Assembly: GCA_903813345.2 (NCBI GenBank)
Contig: CAIIXF020000001.1
Coordinates: 17,112,001-17,176,000 of the forward strand
Direction: 5' to 3'
DNA from: Owenia fusiformis
Lineage: Eukaryota
Length of the DNA: 64,000 nucleotides
In this document: positions 26,119 through 39,000 of the stretch, one piece after another
How the letters are laid out: each line of letters opens with the position of its first letter
How positions within the stretch are numbered: position 1 is the first letter of the stretch
Notes under the pieces: model-generated
Told to the model about the DNA's origin: nothing
Database searches by the model: none
Seen by the model: the letters and a program-made list of their open reading frames with translations, nothing else
Position numbers and translations under genes: made by a program

Positions 26119-26613
26119 TAGGGCCGTGCCATTCGACCGGAATCGGTCCGAACCGCGGACTTTTGTTAAAATACCGGAATTCGGAATTTTAATATCATGT
26201 TCCGAAGGGTTTCGGAACAATATCGGACCCTTACCTTAGTACTTGCTTTGAATCGTTGGGTTTCACAGTTTTTCAATTTCGTTGATTTCGTTTCAAAACT
26301 TTTTCAATTACGCATGCGCATTATGGTCAGAGCAGCCGGAAGTGAAAACAAGTAGAAAAAAGATCGAATTTTCTCTCTTTTTACAGATTTTAGAGTCTAT
26401 TTCTTTCGTAAAAACATTCAAACTTGCTTGACAGGAAAGGTAAGTGTTAACCTGACAAACTTGGACGACGATATCGTCATGATCGCCGTCGAACTCACTC
26501 ATACATAATTATTTTCATTTGTGAACCAAAAGGGGTTCCGAAAGTTCCGATTCCGTGAGACCAAGTTCCGGTTCCGATTCCGAACCGTCCGAACCGGTTC
26601 CGGCACAGCCCTA
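26119..26613 (+). mobile_element. Young non-autonomous hAT element with perfect 8-bp TSD (CATGCAAC)
   Basis: CATGCAAC|TAGGGCCGTGCC ... GGCACAGCCCTA|CATGCAAC; TTCCG/CGGAA subterminal repeats; CpG-rich. Confidence 0.9.
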
Positions 26614-28847
26614 CATGCAACTCTGCAACAATGCAAGATTTCCAGTTAACAATTAGAGTCTGTTAGTTTTTCAATATTGACAACAGTATAAAACTGGTTG
26701 AAGTGGTTTTCATTCACACAAATAAATATCTAAATAATATATAAGTACAAGTGTACAATAAATTCATTATTTATTAAAATGGGTTGTTTTATGTATTTAG
26801 CCCATAGTGCTTATTTATTCAGAAGTTCTTTTAAGAGTTAAGTTTGAATCAGTAGGAAATAGACCTGAATCAAAACATGAATAAAGATTTTTTATAAAAA
26901 TGCGAAGGAGGAATGATGATTTATACACATGCACATGTACATATGTGTCTATGCTCCTTCTTTCATGTGCTGTACTTTGTTTTGACTTGAATGATAAAAA
27001 GTAAAAGATGTTTTCAATTCTCCAAATCTAGACTCGTCCACCCAAGTGCCCACAGGAGATGTGAAAGAGGAAAATTTATGCATTTGGAGAGTTATTTTTC
27101 CTTTTGGTGTTTTATTTCATCTGCTACTAGGCTTTGTGGTTTTGGAGTTTTTACAATCTTCATGATTTGTTTTATTGTTTTTTTTGTTGAGTTGTGACTA
27201 ATTTCAATACATCCAACACATTGCACTAAAACTTCTGTTGAATGACCACCATCCCTTTCAAAGCAATGAGAATCTGCATCTCACTTGCTCCAGAGAAAAC
27301 AAAAACTACAAAAAGGTTCATATATTAGAGAGATAAGAATGTTCATTTCATTTAAAGGGAGATGTTCATCAACAGATATGATCAACACATAAGTGTTCAC
27401 TATAGACATGTGTTCACCAATTCTAGCATATGTTTCAATGTATGTACAATATGTTTCACTGTATGTACAATATTGAAGTGTCATTTGACCATAAGGTTCC
27501 CAAACACATACTAATTATGATTAAGCAATGTCATGAATACTTAAGTACATACAATAACACTAATGAGTTAAACAAATTTTATTAGTGACAATAATTAGAG
27601 AATGTGTCAAGAATATGTAATATGCCTGGCCCTGATGTTCAATGCATTGTCTCTTACATATTAGGCAACAAGCACGATTTAGCTCGATTGCTAAATATTT
27701 TCATGTTTGGGTGTAAAAGTTCAGGATTTTGTCATTGATTCAAATTGTTACATTGGATCGGAATGGAAAAATCTCTCTTATATCAATTGAATTTCATGAT
27801 ACAGATATGGTAAACTATAAACACAGGTAATAAAACTACTTTATATAATCATTAGATAAAATATCATTGTACCATAAATGCTTGTTTTTCCTTTCTTGCC
27901 AAATGTGATCTTAATGTCATTTTCTTGTATTTCCTTATAACTAAACAATGCAATGAAGGATTTTTTAGAAAGACAGCTGACAAGGGATGGTATGATACAA
28001 AAGGATACTGAATAAGACCTGTGACTTTAGAAGTTGCTCACTAGATATGTTCTAAGCTTTGATATAATGTCTTGACATCTAGCTATTTTATAAGAACATA
28101 TAAAAAGCGCAAGAAGTATATGGTTTTCACTGGAAGCCATACAAAATTCCATATTTACAATTGCAACTTCACCATTTCCCAATGTTTGAATAAGGTTATC
28201 ATCTGAAAGTCAATCACAAAGATCAACAATTACCGGTGTTAATATTCACACATTTACAATGTCATATATCAGCACTGAAGGTCATATTGATGTTGAGTAT
28301 TGTCCAGTTGTGAACAATAGTTTTAATGAAAATAGATAATAATTGAAACAGTTGGTCAATGCCTGCTTGATACTTGCATCCCATTGTTCTATAAGATGTT
28401 GAAACTTGGAAGTCTGAAAACAGAAAGATGTAATGAGTATCAAAATTTGTGTATCTAGATATATAAGAGACCATGAGAGACATATATGTTTTACTATGAG
28501 GGATGCAAATATATTTAGATGGGCTTATATTTATTTGCAGAGACTGCTTTAGTTTACTCATCATGGACAATGTATAGTAAATTAGATCAAGACCCATATT
28601 AGGATTGCAGATTCATCAGATATTATACAGGTATTCAAGGTACAAAATTTGTTTTGGAATCATATTATTTTAGGGGATTCCTGGATTAATTAGGAAATAT
28701 AAAGTAAACAAGACTTTGATCTGGTTCATTATAGGCTAGATGCTTGCATAAAGTAATGTTGGGTGTTTCTCTATGTCGTTCTTTTGGTTGGGTAGTCTTT
28801 CATCATGGAAGTTTTCTCTTCCAGTAGATTTCATTTGATAGAGGTAT

Positions 28848-29055
28848 CAGGCCCATAGCCAGGGGGGGGGGGGGTTCGATGGGTTTGAGTGAACCCCTCT
28901 GGCCAAAAAAATCTTTTAAAATCATGCAGTTTTTCAACATTCTGAGTACTTTTTGAGTGATTTTGACCATTTTTGGACCAAAATTATCACAAGTGAAACC
29001 CCCTGGAATTTTTTAAAAAGTGAACCCCCCTTGACAAATCCTCGCTCCGGACCTG
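28848..29055 (+). mobile_element. hAT-like MITE with poly-G tract
   Basis: CAGGCCCATAGCCAGG ... CCTCGCTCCGGACCTG; flanks GGTAT/AGTAT (4/5 match). Confidence 0.65.
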
Positions 29056-30227
29056 AGTATTATCTGTGAATTCCAGGTACTGTTCCATTAATGGGAGGCT
29101 TGGTGATAAATATTTCAGGTGATAACATGAAGTAGGTAGTGAGTTATGGCCATTGAACATATACATACAGCAATCTGAGTATATCTTTAGTAAGCAAATC
29201 TATCAAATGAGTATCTCTCTAGTATACGCATATCATAGCTTTAGCAATGTTTTTTAAATAAAAATATTTGATGTTGTCTTTCATAAGTTGGCAATGGGTT
29301 ACATATATCCTTAATGAGCATATCTCTGGTGAATGCATATCCCAAGTAGATAACTAACAAATATCGCTTTTGAACATCATACTTTATGAAGTACATGTTT
29401 ATGGGAAACATACATGTTGTTATAGTCTCCAATTTTTTTGTGGATGGTGTTCGGCATTTGGTGGTTGGTGTTTGGCATTCAGCATTTGGTGGTTGGTGTC
29501 TATAACAAATGACAGGTAGTGACATTTTGCATGTTAATGCCTTGTTTATCAGATGATGATACTCTATTGAATATGTTTTTGTAAGATTATGATTCCTTAT
29601 TGACAAACTTTTAGATTGCACACCTTCAGATTGCCTAGAATTCCTGCAGGATTAATGTCAGAGGAAGTGTGATCTTTTCAAATATTAGGACAGTCATATG
29701 AACAAGTCAATTTTATCAAATATTGAGTAGGCTGTTGAGGTTTGAAGGGTAAACATTGATATGATAATTCTCACAAGTATGTAGGACCTTACAAATAGTT
29801 CTACTTTACCATTGGGTGCCATATTGTCATTAGGCCTCACAGGCAGGACTATTCATTTTCATTTTTGTAACTTTACACATCGTGCTAAATAGAAGTTTAA
29901 TTTGAAATAGTTAGAATGATGTAGACTCCATTAATGTATTTTAAGGTGAATCGAATATGTATTGACAACATTTATACCATCTGAAATATTTTGAAATGAT
30001 TAACAATCCCTCTAAGTGTGTTCAAATAAAAATCTGACACAGTTTTACAAGTACAGTACATTTATAGGAAGTCCTAGAGCTCAGCTGAAAATGGGAAGGT
30101 TCAAAACTCAGTTTGTTCTATGGAAATTACAGAAACAGGTTGGTTTTGAATCTTCATTTATATTTGTCTCTTGTAATAAAGGTTTTAATCAATTTTGTTT
30201 TGATATATTACATTGGAGATAATATAT

Positions 30228-30940
30228 TATTACCACCTTGCCGGGCCAGTTCTAGGGGTTTTAGTGCTAGTTTAGAAGGCGTTTATTTTACTATATCGAC
30301 CTGAGAAATGTGTGGCGTCATAGTGGTGGTCCATATGGACCGGTCTAGAATATATTCTGGACCGGCAATTTTCCCCGGGAAATTAGATATCGTTCAATGC
30401 GTAAGATTTTCTTGCGGTTTCAGTCCTGGTCGTTAACGGTGGTAATACTAATAACGTCATTTCTGCGAGCAATATTTAGCAGTTATGTCCCTATCATTGA
30501 ATATATGCCTGAGGTCTGTCACCAATATAGCCCGAGCTTGCGAGGGCTATATTACGACAGACCGAAGGCATATATTTAGCAGTTATGTCCCTATCATTGA
30601 ATATATGCCTGAGGTCTGTCACCAATATAGCCCGAGCTTGCGAGGGTTATATTACGACAGACCGAAGGCATATATTCAATGATACGGACATAACTGTTGT
30701 ATTACATACTTTTATATCATGGCTACGTTATATCAATGACGCCACGTGTCTGTGTGCGAGTGAAATTAGGAAGAAATGAAACATGACGTCCCGATGACGT
30801 CATAAGATTGTCATGGTAAAAAGTTTGACGGCAATACAGGAATATATAGCCGACCTTCAGCTCCATTGACTTCAATACAAATGCTTCGCTGGGTATGTAA
30901 TACAGTGAAATATTGGACCTTCGGTCCAATATTTCACTAT
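30228..30940. mobile_element. Crypton-like hairpin element(s) with a 100-bp tandem duplication of the hairpin
   Basis: Module bounded by TATTACCACC/GGTGGTAATA; hairpin unit repeated at 30471 and 30571; module bounded by TGTATTACATAC/GTATGTAATACA; terminal hairpin GTGAAATATTGGACC-TTC-GGTCCAATATTTCAC. Confidence 0.6.
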
Positions 30941-31229
30941 ATGGCCCTTAGAAATGACGTTATTGTACTATTATCTCTAGGTTTATGGATTTTCAGTATA
31001 ACATTTTTACCATTATGTCATCATACAATCCATAAACACCTTTCATAGCTGATGTCACATTTGTTCTGATTTTCAATACCTGCACCCAGCTGATAAGAAT
31101 TTTTTCAAAATTGCTTTCAGTTTTGTTGAAGATGGAGCAAATATGACCATGGCATAATTAAGAGTCAGAATCAGACAGTGCAGTTGGTATTCCAATTAAC
31201 AAGAATCCCAATGTAAAATTATCAAGGGG

Positions 31230-32060
31230 ACCAACATTATCATCACTAAATGACATAGAAGTCTGCTGGGTGTTTGGTCCGTCTGAAGGATTTCCCAAAT
31301 GGGGTGACTTTTGTGTTTGGATTGGTTGTGGTGATTGCATACAGCCACCCTGAATGCCTTCCTCTCTGGACGGGCCTGGGTCAGAAACAGCTATGCTTGG
31401 TTGAAGATCACTGTATTTTTGATCAGGGATTATTCTCACCTGTATAAAACTGACCTTAGATGTAGGTTACTCTTATCAGATTATACATGATATTCTTGCT
31501 TGTACAGGGTTTATTCCTTAGGGGTATAGTATGGGGAAGCATCTGTTTCTTATATCAACCCTCTAGCTCCAGTCTAGTACCCCTCCATCTATATACACTT
31601 CTTTTAAATGCTGTGCTGTTAAAAACAAGACTATTGCCTGCTGAATTTGCAAGATTGTCAAACAAGAAATATGGAAAGTGAACTAGTAAATGCAAGTAAA
31701 TGTTCTTGTATGTTTCATCCTGCATTAAAACTATACCTTCTATTCCCTCTTGTGTGATAGAGAGGTAACATGGGGAGAGGTGTATAAACATTGTCTATTC
31801 TTGGCATAACCTGCAAGGGCCTTATGCAAGATTACTGCAATTGTTTCATTTCTGGCCTCTTTGCCATTCCTGTAGAGTGAGACAGGCAGTGGCTGTTCCT
31901 CAGCTGGCTCCAAACCATCAGAGAGGAAGTATCCCAGATGAGTGTTATATATTGCCTTATGCGAAGAGAATCTTTGAATGGTTCTAATAGGGAGTCATCG
32001 GCTCCATCTCTGATCACATCTTCATCATGGGAATTAAGTTTGTTATGAATTATTGTCAAA
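31230..32060 (-). pseudogene. Degenerate Penelope-like retroelement, 3' part (linker plus GIY-YIG endonuclease)
   Basis: Minus-strand fragments in the expected order, with stops: DDSLLEPFKD...LMVWSQL, NCSNLA*GPCRLCQ, CTSKNIMYNL...GQFYTGE, ...TPFGKSF. Confidence 0.5.
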
Positions 32061-32827
32061 TCAGGGGAATCTCTGATTATACTCTGATAAGAAAATGTAG
32101 TATCACACCAGGAATATTTTGATAGGGCACAAGTGAAAACATAAATAAGTTACCTATGGTGCATCTTTGGCTCAAATCTCACTAAACCTTCCATGCATTA
32201 GATCACTTTCCTTTAGTACAGTAAAACCAATCTAGACTGAACCATGTTGTGGCCAGCTAGTTTTCTTGTAACATATAGAAGTCAATAGGGCATCCAAATA
32301 GGACCAACATGTGTAATAAGGGCATTTACCATATTCAGTACTTTAGTATAAATTGACATAACATCCTAAAACCTTGAGTATTATAATCCTCAAAAAAGGA
32401 ATCCCAAATCTTTCTTAACACTTTTCAGTAATAAATATCTTAGATGAAGACTCGTTACCAGCTAATTCCCTTTTCTTTGATTATAGTCTTCTATTTGCTG
32501 ACATATACAACTAGATCTTCTGCAATGATTACCATGATGCATTTCTCATAACCAAATATGATTGGCGAATATAGGTAAAACGTACCTTTGAAATAAATGC
32601 ACTGTATTTCTATAACTGGCACATGATTATAAATAGATATATAGAGACATGTAAATCATAAACATCTAAGACAGTATCAACCCTTCATTAAAAATGATGA
32701 AGTAATCAGGAAAGTGGATTGAAGAAATGTTACAAATGTACTATATCTAGTAATAACTAAATAACTTAATTTAGTTGATATAGAACACCTTTATTTTAAA
32801 TTTTCAGTATCAATATGTTTACAGTAT

Positions 32828-33352
32828 ACAATTATTGACCTCTCCAGAGGTTTACTGTCAAAATTATATCCCGAGACTGTAAACCGAGACCTACGGTCTC
32901 GGTTTACAGTCTCGGGATATAATTTTGACAGTTAACCAAATGGAGAGGTCTATAATTGTTTTGTTAGTCCGAAGAATATCTTAGATTTTTCTGACCCTTG
33001 AAGTTGACTTGAAGTTGGATCCAGACCCTCGAGACGTTCATGTTGTAAGTTCACTCAATGGAGTCAAATTACTCTCCTGGGCGAAGTCCACTCAAAGCTT
33101 TGTACAAAGTTTTAGATTTTTCTTCGTATTTTGACTGTCTTTACTCTCTAAGAGACTAATAATATCCTCATCTTCAACATTTTTGAAACGGCTAGTGCTA
33201 GCGGCGGCCATTTTATCGTCTGATAATGACGTCATTTTAGTGGAATGCTGGGAATATTATTCACTGGCAATGCATTGCGCGGTGTACAGTTAAAATTATT
33301 CACCGCTCGTTGACCAATCAAAATCGAGTATTTCAACTGAGGTACTAACAAT
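32828..33352 (-). mobile_element. Non-autonomous Crypton-like element: 38-bp perfect hairpin plus tyrosine-recombinase-like N-terminal relic
   Basis: Perfect stem 32854-32932 with a 3-nt loop; arm bounded by TTGTTAGT/ACTAACAA; minus-strand ATG at 33211 gives MAAASTSRFKNVEDEDIISLLESKDSQNTKKNLKLCTKL*VDF. Confidence 0.65.
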
Positions 33353-35549
33353 ACAAATGATACCATAAAATTAATATTTTCTGAGGCTCACCCGTGTAGT
33401 TTCCCCTAATACTGTATCTCTAAAGGTAAAGGTGGGTCACGATTTAATGTTTGAAAATATTTGTCAATCGAAGTTTATTTCACTTGGCAGTGTTGAAAAA
33501 TCAAACAGCAGGATTTGGCTTGATACTTACAAAAGCAACAATTTGTGGATTTATATATTATATCCTAAACTAAATAGACAACAATGGCGGAAGTGGATTA
33601 ATTCAACCAAATACTCAAATATATAAAAAAAGGCACCCTCTTCATGTAGTTAGCTAGGTAGGTGAACTGGCGAAGGTCAAACTGGAACTTAGACTTAAAT
33701 TAGTAAGTAAATTGAAACTTGCAAAACTCATCATAGTCGTTTAACATTGATATTGGTTATTTATATTTTTGTAAACTGTGAATATTGAACTTTGAAATGA
33801 TTTGTTCGATTTCAAATATTTGATTGACATTAAATGGTTATTTTGACATAAAGAAATATGTGCTTACTGACTATACATGTGTTTCAACATGAAAGATGTT
33901 AGGTTGGGGTATCTGAGTACATAGATAGAGTCAGCTAAAGATAGGGGCATCTGGTTTGAGGTAAGATACAAGAGAGGTTGTTAGGAAATTAGATGCCATG
34001 TTATGAATGGAGTAGGTGAGGAAAGGAGGTTTCCAATCCAGGTAAAGTAGGTTACTGTAGAAGAACTGAATGGTTGGATGGGAGAAAAAGTGAATTGGGA
34101 TGACTACCGATTTGAATAATACTGCTTTCATTTTAAAGGTCGGATATGAATATATTCATCAATTTTACTTACTTTGAAAGACAGGATCTAAATTTCAGGA
34201 TATGCAATTGTATATTTGGGATATAAGGTTTGAATGGCTTCAAAGGTGAGAAGAATAGATGGATACAAAAGGATTCTATGGATATATTGAATTGTGGAAA
34301 TAGGATATTCAGAGAAGATCTTGATTGAAATCTAACCATAATTCAAAGGAATGTGTACACCTACATACACCATAATTGCTGTCAACCTCCATATATATTT
34401 CTCCTCTAATCTTTCTAAGACAAAAAAAGAGATAGATGTGATGGCTACCACAGACCTCACTATGATCAGCTTCTTGTATCTTTGGAATTCAATGCAAATT
34501 CCTTATTGAGCTCTCATTGTCTGTATTTTAGTACATATTAGTTACTGTACTGGTACAAGTGAAGAATGTCACTGAAGACAAATATCATTTTTGCGATGAC
34601 AATATAAATGGGATTGGTGCAACCATGTTGACCATGTTAGTATAAAGGTTAACCTGGGGCATTGTCATTTGACCAGGCATTGACCATGCATCTATATTGT
34701 CACAGCTTGATACATGATAATGTACATGTATATGAACATGTGTTCATCATGGCAACAATATGGGTAAACCTGTATGTAGGGGGAGGGGCGGGTTAGTGTG
34801 GGAAATAAAGTTTAGATTAAGACAATTAACAGTTAAGGCAGGTAACTGTTAAAGTCAATGGGCAAGTAAAACCAGCAGAAAAACAAGATATAAAAACTAT
34901 AAAGAACTACACAGATTTCAATTCAATATTTCAAAAGTTAGTGGTTTAGAAATGACAGATAACTTCCATTAGTGAACTACTAATGTACACTTTTTGGCAT
35001 TGATGACCCGGTAATTAGAAAATTATGTTTATTAGAACAAAGGGACAAGTCACTCGTTAGATTTATGTTTTACAGGATAACAAGTGCATAGTGTCTCAGT
35101 TCAAAATCACAGTCCTCTATCCATGGTTCAGGTCTAATCTTAATTAATGACTATTTTGACATTGAGCTCTGTGTCGATAATTGAATTATTTAATTAATAA
35201 AGACAGGACAGTTGTGAATGTTCCACTTGGGTATTATATAAAACAACTGCTGTGTTATTTAAAACAATAGGAAGGTTGAACTCTTAATTAGCGTAGCTGT
35301 CATTAGCAGTTGTTCAGCTCATCAGGCATAGGAAGAATATAGAATTGTTTTTATACTGTATATAGTAATATGGTGATTACTTTACTGAACTTGAAATACT
35401 TGATTTATAGTAGTTTACTGTGGTTATTTGTTTTTATGAATATGTACTTTTAATGACTCATAATCAAAATCATATTCATTGTATGAAGTTTTTAATTTCT
35501 GGAATCGTTTGTTTTCAGATTTGATGGCCTGGAGTAACTGATCATCATT

Positions 35550-36369
35550 ATGACATCATCAAGGGAGTATGTTGAGGCCCAGTACCATGCCAACACCTTG
35601 CCTCACCATGCAAACACAATGCCTCACAGTCACAACAAAGCTAGACCTGATTCCGAAATATATGACAATGTCCCACCAGGATCTGGATATGAATTTCGCC
35701 CATCAAGCGTTACCCCAGGTCAAATGGCTGGATTTAGACAGGCTAGTATGTCCCCCACAAGGGTGCCTAACCGCTCGACTAGCACCCCACCCTACCGGAC
35801 CCCTCAGGCTGACCCTACACAGGGATTAGTTTTCGAGAACCCTTGGACACAGCTTGAGACACACGCAGAACACAGACAGACAAGCAGATCTGAGACTAGG
35901 CGGGGTAATGTGAGCATGACACTACCTCTGAAACCTACAAACAACCCATACCAGTCTGTTAATGTGGCTCAATTACGGAGTATACGATCACCACCCCCAG
36001 GGGCACAAAGGAGGGTGATATCCCCACCCCCTATAGTAAACTCACATCAACCGTCACCAGAACTTGCATCACCGCAGCCTAGAATGGGCAGTACTGTACG
36101 CAATGCAGTATCCCCACCTCCGGTTGTCACCCACAGGCGTGTGATATCCCCACCACCACCTGTTGCGCCCAAACCTTTCAGCCCGCCCCCATATTCTGGA
36201 AATAAGATGAACACTTGGTCGCCTAACAAAGGTGGGAGGCAGCAAACTGATACCACAACTGAGACAAAGGTGACAAAAATGGAGCGTGTGGAGAAGAAAG
36301 AATGGATGGAGCTAAAGACGGGGAGCAGTGGTTATAACACCATACAGCCTCAGATACGGTCATCACCAG
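35550..36369 (+). CDS. KANK: Proline-rich first coding exon, probably the N-terminus of a long KANK isoform
   Basis: Acceptor TTTGTTTTCAG at 35518, ATG at 35550, donor CAG|GTGAGT at 36370 in phase 1, matching the downstream KANK exons. The PxVAPKP motif is shared with the KANK giant exon. Linkage to KANK is inferred. Confidence 0.65.
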
Positions 36370-37900
36370 GTGAGTTCAATCATTAATTAATACACTTCAG
36401 TTATAGTGCAGAATGGGGTGGCTTGATTAATACATCTGGGATATCTAGTAGACGTTCTATATGTAAATGGTCTTGTTTCCAAAGATGAGTTGACTTTTAA
36501 AGGTAGTGCATTAACTCATAAAGTTAGAGAATACCTTGTATGATAAAATACTTATCTTGCACCTATGGCTTGTTTTAAGAAGGTTTGATCGTACATTCTT
36601 CCTATCTGATGTTCATGTAATATATTTCTGCCGGTTCTTTGTTTATTTCTTACCAACTACAATGTTTCATATTTAGTGCAGTCAGAATGAGGGTTTGAGC
36701 GTGCGTTCAGAGGGATTTTATGGGACATATTTTTTTATGTTGCTTGTATGATTTTACATATTTTTATGGATTATTAGATCTTAGTTTTTCAGCTTTTAGA
36801 TTTTGTGGCCATTTTACCCCCCATGGGCTATAATTTGGACCCCTACTATAAAATTGGGCTAGAACTCCAAAAATACTCAGTAGAATGTTTCCAAATTGCT
36901 ATGGTATATTGGTATAGGCTAACTAAATATATGATAACAATTTCAAGTCACATGGTTAAGTGGTTGCCATGTTAATGGATAAAACATACCATTCGGGTGT
37001 CAATTTTCAGGCCAATTTTTCAGGAATGAAAGAGTCATTTCGTGCATATTTTGTCACCAGTCTGTTAGGAAGGGTTAAAATGTGAATAGAAAACTTTTGT
37101 AATATGTCAGCAACAATCTTATGTAAAGATCAGTCCACAGAATCTCAGATTTTGGCCTTATATGGGTCCATGATTTATACAGGGGCCTGTTTCACAGATT
37201 CGAACCCCCACATTGGATGGATGCTATAACTTTTGAAATAAGGGAAATACAGTTCTCATTTTTTCAGATCTTCATAAATGACTGGTTTTAAGTATTGTAT
37301 TATACTTTGGGCGCTGGCATATGATTGGTTGCCATGGTAACCTGGGTTTTAGGGAAATTCTGACCCCCACATTGGATGGATGCTATAACTTTCGAAATAA
37401 GGGTGATACATGTCTCATTTTTTCAGATCTTAGACAATGATTGATTTTAAGTATACAATCAGAAATTGGGAGCTGAAACTTGATTGGTTACCATGGTAAC
37501 TAGGGTTTTATTGAAATTTGGACCTCCACAATTGATAAATGCTATAACTTTTAAATTCAAGCAGATACAGATATCAGCTTTTCAGAACTTAAAAAATAAT
37601 ACGACTTGTGTATTTTGTCAGACTTTGGAGGTTACAATTTACTTGGTTGCCATGGTAACCATGTTTCATTGTCATGGAAACTTCATTTTTGATTTTAGAT
37701 TTACCTTCATTTGAGAATGGTCAATACACAACTTTGAACACAAAATTGCTCAAAATTATCATTTTACTCCTAATTTAGCATTTTTACATGTATATCTGAC
37801 AGTATTGCCTCATTCCATTCTACTAGTTCTCACACATATTCTACTAAGTTGTTTTTACTCGTCATTTTAGCTATATTTGACCATTCTGGTATTAAGAATT

Positions 37901-39000
37901 CCTCGGGGAATTCATAGTTCATTCATGCAGTGTTTGGCTTGGTAGAGCTGGGTTTAGGCTGGTGGGAATGTTTCCATACACAGGTTTGATAATTCACCCT
38001 CTTCAAATGTGAAAGAGTTGAAATGTCAACACCTTCATAAGTGAGGGCAGCACTGTTCTGTTTTTGAGAATACTAGTATCTCATGTGAAACAGCTCATCA
38101 TAGTGGCAGTTATTTTTGTAATTCAGCTGTACTTTTGCAGGTGAACAATTTAACTTTGGATTTTATGGTCTCAGGAATTTCTATATTGTTTCCTATTGAA
38201 GAAAACAACTTTAAGAATTGTTTGTAGAATAGATTATGATATGAGCTGGTTCACATGAGATATTCTCCAAAACAGAACAGTACTACCCTCTCTTATGAAG
38301 GTGTTGACATTTCAATTCTTCCTGTCTTTCAAGATTGGTCCTTGACTGCTTTCATAGCAGCTAATGTAATGCAATGAATTACTTTGGAGCCAATGATGAA
38401 CTCTCCCACCTTTGAAGAGGGTGAATGACAAATCCTATATGTGGAAGTGGAAACATTCCCACCAGTCTCCCAGGGAGTTCACTTTATATAAACCTTGAGG
38501 GGATCCTTGGCTAAGGTGGGGTACTTCAGACATTTGGTATGGCAATAGACCTAAATTTTAGGATCTGACATAAGAAATGAGAATGTCCTCCAAATTATGA
38601 CTTGAGGTATGGCAATGGTCAGATTTTTACACTTACTGGTATGAGAATGGTCTTGGAAAATATGTTACCCCTCACTTGTAGTATGGCATTGATCTAGTAT
38701 ATATCCTTAATATGAGGTATACGAGGTTGTTTTGGGGTTGTTTTCCTGAAAGATCTGCCTTCTTCTTGGGGCATTAGATCACATTGATCCTATATTTGGG
38801 CATTTGGTATGGCTTTTGGGCATTAATTTGGTTGGTATGGGAATACATTCAAATTTGACAGATTGGTATGGGAACATATTGATATCTGAGGGTTCAGCCT
38901 AGGACCCCAGCCAAATTTTATATACAGTGAATCCCCAGGGACCAATCTTAACCCATTCTGCCAAGCCCAATACTGCATGAATGTATGAAATCCCCTGAGG
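37901..39000. mobile_element. Palindromic element in the centre of the Academ-like foldback
   Basis: CCTCGGGGAATTCATA ... TATGAAATCCCCTGAGG; inner arms 37960-38100 and 38240-38465 are inverted. Confidence 0.7.
38469..38940. mobile_element. CCC-terminal element with ~8-bp TSD, nested in 37901-39000
   Basis: ACCAGTCT|CCCAGGGAGTTCACTTTATATAA ... TTATATACAGTGAATCCCCAGGG|ACCAATCT; recurring GGTATGG motifs inside. Confidence 0.7.

Noticed and set aside
24688..28440. Exact 24-bp match AAAACAGAAAGATGTAATGAGTAT at 24688 and 28417
   Set aside because: Similarity does not extend and no termini are visible; probably debris of an old repeat.
33900..34330. Possible old L2/CR1 LINE fragments (also ~19680-19870, ~22400-22650, ~25750-25900)
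   Set aside because: Only short suggestive motifs (LYLDWK, RILGLILRK, TWITSEYL); too degenerate to call without a search.
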